DNA of 64,000 bases, taken from the NCBI GenBank assembly GCA_014728035.1, contig WJMJ01000101.1, positions 32,001 through 96,000 on the forward strand, written 5' to 3'. A program made the translations under genes and the position numbers. This document shows positions 58,378 to 64,000 of the stretch, piece after piece; the first letter of the stretch is position 1, and each line of letters begins with the position of its first letter. Origin of the DNA: Promethearchaeota archaeon. Its GTDB lineage: Archaea > Asgardarchaeota > Thorarchaeia > Thorarchaeales > Thorarchaeaceae. The notes beneath the pieces were generated by a model, which was given only the letters and a program-made list of their open reading frames with translations, had not been told where the DNA came from and did no database searches.

Positions 58378-58892
58378 TGAAATCTTTAGATAAAAGATTA
58401 AATGAAGCTCTGGAGATTATTGAAGATTCTACAGCACTTGATCAGATGGTGGCTCTTATAGAATCGATGGATGAGAATGAGCTTTGTCTTTTGGAAGATC
58501 TTATAGAAGAAGCAATTGATATATATCAATTGCTTAACAACATTAGAAATATATTGAAGAAGATCAAAGCCGAAGCACCAAAAGTCACCACCACAAAGGC
58601 GTACAGAAGTTTAGCTGAGTTTGCTAATGAAACCGATCCTAATAAGATTAGTAAATTGGCTGGCGATCAGGTCCTAACTGATAGAATAAACAGTCTGTCT
58701 GAAATGCTAGATAAAGTTGGTGCATCAGAATTGGCATCTGAATTAAATAAAATTGCGCCCAAGCCCAGTCTTGGTAAAAGGGCCGGGGAAGCGGCCAAGA
58801 AATTATTACAACCGAAAGCAAGCAAGAAAGAGGGAGTACCTCGTTGGTTGAGAACTCTTAGCGATATCGCCAAAACAGTTGGTAGACATTAA
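58374..58892 (+). CDS. Hypothetical helical protein
   Basis: AAGGAG RBS. Confidence 0.65.
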   Translation: MMKSLDKRLNEALEIIEDSTALDQMVALIESMDENELCLLEDLIEEAIDIYQLLNNIRNILKKIKAEAPKVTTTKAYRSLAEFANETDPNKISKLAGDQVLTDRINSLSEMLDKVGASELASELNKIAPKPSLGKRAGEAAKKLLQPKASKKEGVPRWLRTLSDIAKTVGRH

Positions 58893-58928
58893 TATATATA
58901 TTGATATTTACATCTTGGATCTAGCATC

Positions 58929-59882
58929 ATGATTCCTCTAAGTGATTTACATAGACATCTTGGCGGGTCTACGGGTCTTGATTTTGTATATGCAACCGCC
59001 AGAAAACATGGTATGAATCTGTCGTATCAATATATTAACTCGTCAATGACATTCTTGCCTGGGGAACCATATGGTTTCTATGAGTTTCTTCGCAAATTTG
59101 ATATTTTGAATCAGATACCATGGGATTGTGAAGATATTATCAGCCTAGCTTATCATGTGACGAATCAACTTGCTTGCGAGGGAATTGAATACGCTGAAAT
59201 CAGATTTACTGTTAATAAATATCTAGAGTCTACGAAGTTTGATCATGTAGAAGCCATTAAATTTGTGAAGCGTGCTTTCGATTCGGCTTGTGCAGAACTT
59301 GGGGTCAATGTTGGGTTGGTACTGTCTTTGAAGTATGAGACTGATAATTATGATGAGATGCGTGCTGCCAGAGACTTGTCACGATATGATGATTGTGTGG
59401 TGGGAATAGATCTTGTTGGTGATGAGGCTAAATTTTCTGTTGATAAATTTAAACCCATAATGAAAATTTGGCATGATGCTGGCAAAGGAATTATGGTACA
59501 TGCGGGTGAATCACAACCATCATCAAACGTTCGTGATGCAATTAGGCATTTATATGCAAACCGTATAGCTCATGGAATTAAAGTAATACAAGAGCATAAT
59601 ATGCCACTTCTTGGCGAATGTATTGACCGCAATGTTTGCTTTGATGTAGCCATAAGTTCCAATATTATGACTGGGTTGGTGGCAGATGCTAAATCACATC
59701 CCGCCAAAATGATGTTTGATTGCGGTGCACCAATAACCATAGGCACGGATGATCCAGTGATTTGTAGGACATCATTGCTTAAAGAACTTGCGTTGGTTAA
59801 AGAACATTGGGGTCTATCTGACGATGATATAGATCGCATAAAAGCGAATTCTATAGAGTATGCATTTAATCATTTCAAGTAA
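58929..59882 (+). CDS. add: Adenosine deaminase family protein
   Basis: DLHRHLGGS, YAEIRF, GIDLVGDE, HAGE, RIAHG, SN, GTDDP. Confidence 0.93.
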   Translation: MIPLSDLHRHLGGSTGLDFVYATARKHGMNLSYQYINSSMTFLPGEPYGFYEFLRKFDILNQIPWDCEDIISLAYHVTNQLACEGIEYAEIRFTVNKYLESTKFDHVEAIKFVKRAFDSACAELGVNVGLVLSLKYETDNYDEMRAARDLSRYDDCVVGIDLVGDEAKFSVDKFKPIMKIWHDAGKGIMVHAGESQPSSNVRDAIRHLYANRIAHGIKVIQEHNMPLLGECIDRNVCFDVAISSNIMTGLVADAKSHPAKMMFDCGAPITIGTDDPVICRTSLLKELALVKEHWGLSDDDIDRIKANSIEYAFNHFK

Positions 59883-59902
59883 TACTTTCTCAAATATATA
59901 AT

Positions 59903-60619
59903 ATGAAATTAGATATACTCAGCAGCACACCTTCAGAGTATGCACCCATATTGTGCGAGGGATATGGTAGGGTATATTATTTTAGATATTTGCGGTGGAA
60001 ACATGACCCACGACCTCGTGCTCTATTTCTGGGGAGATATCGACATCCTTCCACTAGAAATATGCTCATGTGCGCAATCAATCTGAATTATCTAACCGAA
60101 TCACAAATTACGCGTCTACAGAGGAATTTATCCAAAGTTCTTAGTTTTTCTAGGAATGGGTATTATAGATACTGGATGGCTCGTAGTCTCGGTCTTGGTG
60201 ATATCCTGGACACGGCCTACCGCACATATCGTGTTGATGCCATTGATTCAGTTGAGGGAATTTCCCCATCTACATTGAGGTTCATAGCAGAAGGAATACA
60301 ACAGGAAAGGGCCTCTGGAAAAGTCAAGAGGAAACCCATAAAACCAGATATCAAGGTGAGACAAAAGCCCAAGGTGTCAATAGAACCCGTGGAACCGGCA
60401 GAAGAGCCAGAAGAAGCCCCAGAAGAAAAACCAGAAGCTCCCGAGGTACCAGAACCACCTGAAGAAATGGAAGAGCCGGAAGAGGCCACGGAAGAGCCAG
60501 AAGAAGGTACGGAAGAACTACCACCAGAGATTGAAAAAGCCAAAGTACCGCCGGAACATCCTGACGAAGAAATTGATATAGAAGAGAACCCACCGGAAGA
60601 TATAAGTGAGGGTGAATGA
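59903..60619 (+). CDS. Possible T4 gp2-like DNA end-protector with acidic Pro-rich tail
   Basis: FRY...DPRP..L...AINLNYL..YRTY pattern (recognised from memory). Confidence 0.45.
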   Translation: MKLDILSSTPSEYAPILCEGYGRVYYFRYLRWKHDPRPRALFLGRYRHPSTRNMLMCAINLNYLTESQITRLQRNLSKVLSFSRNGYYRYWMARSLGLGDILDTAYRTYRVDAIDSVEGISPSTLRFIAEGIQQERASGKVKRKPIKPDIKVRQKPKVSIEPVEPAEEPEEAPEEKPEAPEVPEPPEEMEEPEEATEEPEEGTEELPPEIEKAKVPPEHPDEEIDIEENPPEDISEGE

Positions 60620-61326
60620 ATCGTAGACCAGCCAATGCTTCTCGTGAAGCTATGCGCGAGTGGCTTACATATCATAAGAATATGTCATCGCTACAATTGG
60701 CCAGACAGAGTGGCCTAACTATAGAACGTATCATCCAATGGCGTATCCAATATGATGTTATTGACATAAAGGATAAAGAACTATTCAAAGCATGGTTATT
60801 ATATAAGGATTATACAATAGGTGAATCGGCAATTTTATTAAATGTCACCCAGCGCACATTCAGATATTATTTAAAGAAATATAATATCAAAAAATTCGAG
60901 AAATCTGATGAGCAGTTCAGTGATTATAGACATAAGCAAGTACTTAAGTATGTTGATTTGGATAGAAGTGTGTTGCGTGATAAAGATATGCTTGCTGAAT
61001 TATATAAGCACTATGGTAGAGTTGCATTGGCCAAGATGTTTGGAGTATCTAATACAAGGATGCTAGTAGTGTTGCGCAAATTTGGTATCATGGATCCCAA
61101 TAGAAAATGGGATCCACCAAATGGATGTAAAAACAGGGAATGGTTATATCAGAAATTTGTGGTGGAAGCCAAAACATTAACTGAATGTGCAAACGAAGCT
61201 GGTGTATGCCCCCATACGATACGCAATTGGCTTATTAAATTTGGTATTAGACCTAGGGATTTAGGTGAAGCTACAAGATTACGATTTAATAAGAAAGACT
61301 CTAAAGTTCTTACATGCACAGCATAA
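60616..61326 (+). CDS. Multi-HTH DNA-binding protein
   Basis: Four repeats of WL..Y..(T/S)..(E/Q)xA...GV...I..W. Confidence 0.7.
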   Translation: MNRRPANASREAMREWLTYHKNMSSLQLARQSGLTIERIIQWRIQYDVIDIKDKELFKAWLLYKDYTIGESAILLNVTQRTFRYYLKKYNIKKFEKSDEQFSDYRHKQVLKYVDLDRSVLRDKDMLAELYKHYGRVALAKMFGVSNTRMLVVLRKFGIMDPNRKWDPPNGCKNREWLYQKFVVEAKTLTECANEAGVCPHTIRNWLIKFGIRPRDLGEATRLRFNKKDSKVLTCTA

Positions 61327-62233
61327 TGTAGTCGAAGCACATGTTGTAAGATCCAATCAAATAAGGGTAAGGTTCACTGACGGCATCATTGAATATTGGT
61401 GGTATAGGGTCGATGTGAGCAAGAATAACATATATAGAGTATATGTTATGCCCACTGATAGCTATCCGTTTGATACAAATAATCATCCGGAGATATTAAG
61501 TCAATTTACACGCAATCCTCTTTATAAAGAAGAATATGATAGATCAGATGGTCAGTTCATGGTTAGATACAAATATTTAAAAAAGTTTAAATTCTGTAAT
61601 GTTAGAATATTCCTACACGAATTTGCAAAAAAGTTAGACGATGAAGGGTGGATTGATATTTGGCATCCCAATGACCAATTGTCTCACATGATGCATAGAT
61701 GTCGTAGATATAATTTAAATCGTCTAAGGCAATCTGATCATGAATACCTGGAAAGTATATGGTGTTATAAGTTTTCACAACCTATCCTTGCTTCTCTGAC
61801 TAATATGCGTGATCACACAAATGGTGTCATAGATAAAGCGTGGACTACAAAACCTCTTTTGAGGGCTATGAATAGATTGTATAGAAAGAAAAAATCTATC
61901 ACAAGATTTAATTTATTTTGCGAATTGAAAAGCAAGTTTACTGGTTTGTCTCTTGGATACCCAATGTCAATGGCTTCATTTCTTCAGAACCACACACGTG
62001 GTCCTATTGACGACCATACTTGTTCACCATGGATATCATTAGCTTGCACAATTGCCGGAATTCCATATAATAATGGTAATAGTAAGATCTTGATCACAGA
62101 CAGAGAAGATGAATTGAATGATAGAAAGACTGTATTATATCTAGGGGATCTTGAAAATCACACGGAAAAATTTTATATCTATGGCCCCAATGACCATTCA
62201 AAGACCAAAATTATCACCATCAAATATAATTAA
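61265..62233 (+). CDS. Hypothetical protein (start uncertain)
   Basis: 322-aa ORF overlapping the HTH gene by about 60 nt. Confidence 0.6.
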   Translation: MKLQDYDLIRKTLKFLHAQHNVVEAHVVRSNQIRVRFTDGIIEYWWYRVDVSKNNIYRVYVMPTDSYPFDTNNHPEILSQFTRNPLYKEEYDRSDGQFMVRYKYLKKFKFCNVRIFLHEFAKKLDDEGWIDIWHPNDQLSHMMHRCRRYNLNRLRQSDHEYLESIWCYKFSQPILASLTNMRDHTNGVIDKAWTTKPLLRAMNRLYRKKKSITRFNLFCELKSKFTGLSLGYPMSMASFLQNHTRGPIDDHTCSPWISLACTIAGIPYNNGNSKILITDREDELNDRKTVLYLGDLENHTEKFYIYGPNDHSKTKIITIKYN

Positions 62234-62249
62234 GAACTAGGAGGATCCA

Positions 62250-62480
62250 ATGATGGTGATTACTATAGAAAGAAGGTTGCCAGTTATCAATGGATTTGTG
62301 CGTATCCCAGATGTTGGGAACCGCGCACTAACTTCATTGACCCCCGCAGCTGTGGAGTCATTGATACCAGTGTCTAGTGAGAGTACGATAGTGGATCAAA
62401 ACTTTGTAGCATTTCCGGCATACTATGCCGACGAGGTAGTTCCAGAAGATTATTTTGGGACTTTGCGAGAAGCGGTATAA
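62250..62480 (+). CDS. Hypothetical protein
   Basis: AGGAGG RBS. Confidence 0.65.
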   Translation: MMVITIERRLPVINGFVRIPDVGNRALTSLTPAAVESLIPVSSESTIVDQNFVAFPAYYADEVVPEDYFGTLREAV

Positions 62481-62726
62481 ATGGCAAGCGTGAACATCTT
62501 AGATGATATTATGGAACGTAGAAATGTGGCAAGCACATTTCCTGAAGGTGGATTGCCACACAGATTTATTGAATTGCTTGGCGGTGAAATTGTAGAAGTT
62601 ACCGCATTTGAACCTGATGCTCGCACCTCTGATATGGATTTTTATTACAATGCTCGTGATAATGTGTTATATAAAAGAATAAAGAGCCGTTTTCCTCATT
62701 GGATGCGTGTGACAGACTACCATTAG
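62481..62726 (+). CDS. Hypothetical protein
   Basis: ATG immediately follows the upstream TAA. Confidence 0.6.
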   Translation: MASVNILDDIMERRNVASTFPEGGLPHRFIELLGGEIVEVTAFEPDARTSDMDFYYNARDNVLYKRIKSRFPHWMRVTDYH

Positions 62727-62748
62727 TTGTTAGAGCAGGAGATGAATA

Positions 62749-64000
62749 ATGCTGTATAAGATTCCACCGGCCAGTCAATTGCAGGACACTCAGTTCGTCC
62801 AAGTTGAGGGTCCTGATGGACTTACGACTGGATATCAATATAATGCTGAGAGTAGAACATTATACTTTAAAGAATCCCAGATCATTATTCCCAGTTTCCA
62901 TGGTGTTAGCCATGTTGCTGAAGATCCTGTTCCCAATGCTACTGTAGATATGCCTGGGTTGATGTCAGCCGATGATAAGGCTAAATTAGAATCTCTGATC
63001 CAGATGCGTTTGGGTGTGCTTGGTTTTATGGGCGCTGGATTCCCTGATGATGGTGGTTGGATGCAGGGTGACATAATTATGGCATCTGGGTCCGAATTGT
63101 TGTCCATAGAACGCATAGGCAATGTAGTACGATTCACTGTTGATTCACAAATTCCTCTTAACTGTAACTGTGAAGCATGTGCACAGATATATTGGATTCA
63201 AGATGAAACTGATGTCAAAGCAATAAGGCCACCTTCATGTGCAGGCGTGCTTCCCGATGTTAACGCCTATGGTGAGCTTGCCGTTTATCTGTTCCCTGAA
63301 TCTGTGGTCGTTGATCCAAACAACGTTGCCGATACCATTAAGAATAAAAATGATTATCCAGCATTAATATTCAAGAGGTATGAGGATTCAACAACTCCAG
63401 CACTTGGCCAAATGGAGATGGTACTTCGTCGCTCCACTTCTGGTACAAGTACTGTTGGTTGGTCAATGACTCCTGGGGATCCAGCACAGAATGAATTTGC
63501 TGAATGCGTATGGTTCACAGGTACGGATACCGACGGCAACCGAATTCGTTTCGACTTGCAAAGCGAGGATGACCCTGGTCTATTTGGAGCGTTACTCTAC
63601 AAGGGACACACTCTCACGCGAAAAATGGGGGTTATTACAGATTATCGTCCCACAGTTCTCACTACAAACCAATATGAGGTCAGATATTGGGATATCCAAA
63701 ATCAATCTCCATCAGGTTCATCATTTACCGCAACGAATATATGGAGATATAATAATCCCGAAAACGCTTTCACAAATCCTAGTGCACCCAAATCTCTCGC
63801 TCTAGATGGCTATAGCCAAGTTCTTCAAATAGGAACTTTGGTGCAATTGTGGGAGATGAAAATTAGTGACACTGTCACTCGTCGCTATTTCAATTTGGAG
63901 CCACATCTTAGTGCAAATGTGATTTATAATTTAACTAATGCGCAGAGGTTTGGCGATGCGTTGACTACCGAGAGCGATACCGATACCGAGACTGGCGGTG
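62749..64000 (+). CDS. Large tail-region structural protein, 3'-partial (absent from the ORF track)
   Basis: AGGAG RBS; MLYKIPP..HGVSHVAEDPVPNAT..PGLMSADDKAKL; no stop seen before the window end. Confidence 0.8.
   Translation, partial: MLYKIPPASQLQDTQFVQVEGPDGLTTGYQYNAESRTLYFKESQIIIPSFHGVSHVAEDPVPNATVDMPGLMSADDKAKLESLIQMRLGVLGFMGAGFPDDGGWMQGDIIMASGSELLSIERIGNVVRFTVDSQIPLNCNCEACAQIYWIQDETDVKAIRPPSCAGVLPDVNAYGELAVYLFPESVVVDPNNVADTIKNKNDYPALIFKRYEDSTTPALGQMEMVLRRSTSGTSTVGWSMTPGDPAQNEFAECVWFTGTDTDGNRIRFDLQSEDDPGLFGALLYKGHTLTRKMGVITDYRPTVLTTNQYEVRYWDIQNQSPSGSSFTATNIWRYNNPENAFTNPSAPKSLALDGYSQVLQIGTLVQLWEMKISDTVTRRYFNLEPHLSANVIYNLTNAQRFGDALTTESDTDTETGG

Noticed and set aside
61265-61326. Programmed frameshift joining the HTH gene to 61265-62233
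   Set aside because: The overlap exists but there is no clear slippery heptamer or broken motif; insufficient support
1-64000. Stop-codon reassignment
   Set aside because: Long conserved genes are intact in code 11, and TAA, TAG and TGA all end genes at sensible positions
1-64000. tRNA/rRNA genes and group I/II introns
   Set aside because: No cloverleaf with a T-loop or intron-split gene was seen in the short intergenic gaps; tRNAscan-SE or Infernal would be needed to exclude them

Overview
Fragment of a large, AT-rich tailed dsDNA phage with T4-like packaging genes, probably a jumbo phage. It uses the standard genetic code and is densely coded, mostly on the + strand. Main blocks: (1) a terminase large subunit with two LAGLIDADG inteins and a gp20-like portal; (2) a sigma70-family factor with a Cys-rich zinc-ribbon insert, behind three consensus host promoters; (3) auxiliary genes: aldo/keto reductase, CheY-like receiver, RarA/MgsA, adenosine deaminase, nucleotidyltransferases, and glutaredoxin plus class III RNR (NrdD) with a mini-intein and no visible glycyl-radical motif; (4) a cas-less, type I-E-like CRISPR mini-array fused to a highly structured 131-nt leader; (5) about ten glycosyl/sulfotransferase genes; (6) a long tail/baseplate region with collagen-like, Cys-rich and poly-Ser-linked LamG modules, plus an orphan poly-Ser/LamG remnant 30 kb away. 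The best candidates for an undescribed system are the structured-leader mini-array (anti-repeat loop, one spacer resembling the phage's own sigma-promoter region), poly-Ser-linked swappable adhesin cassettes, and phage-made sulfated glycan decoration of the virion. All calls come from manual motif reading; no searches were run.
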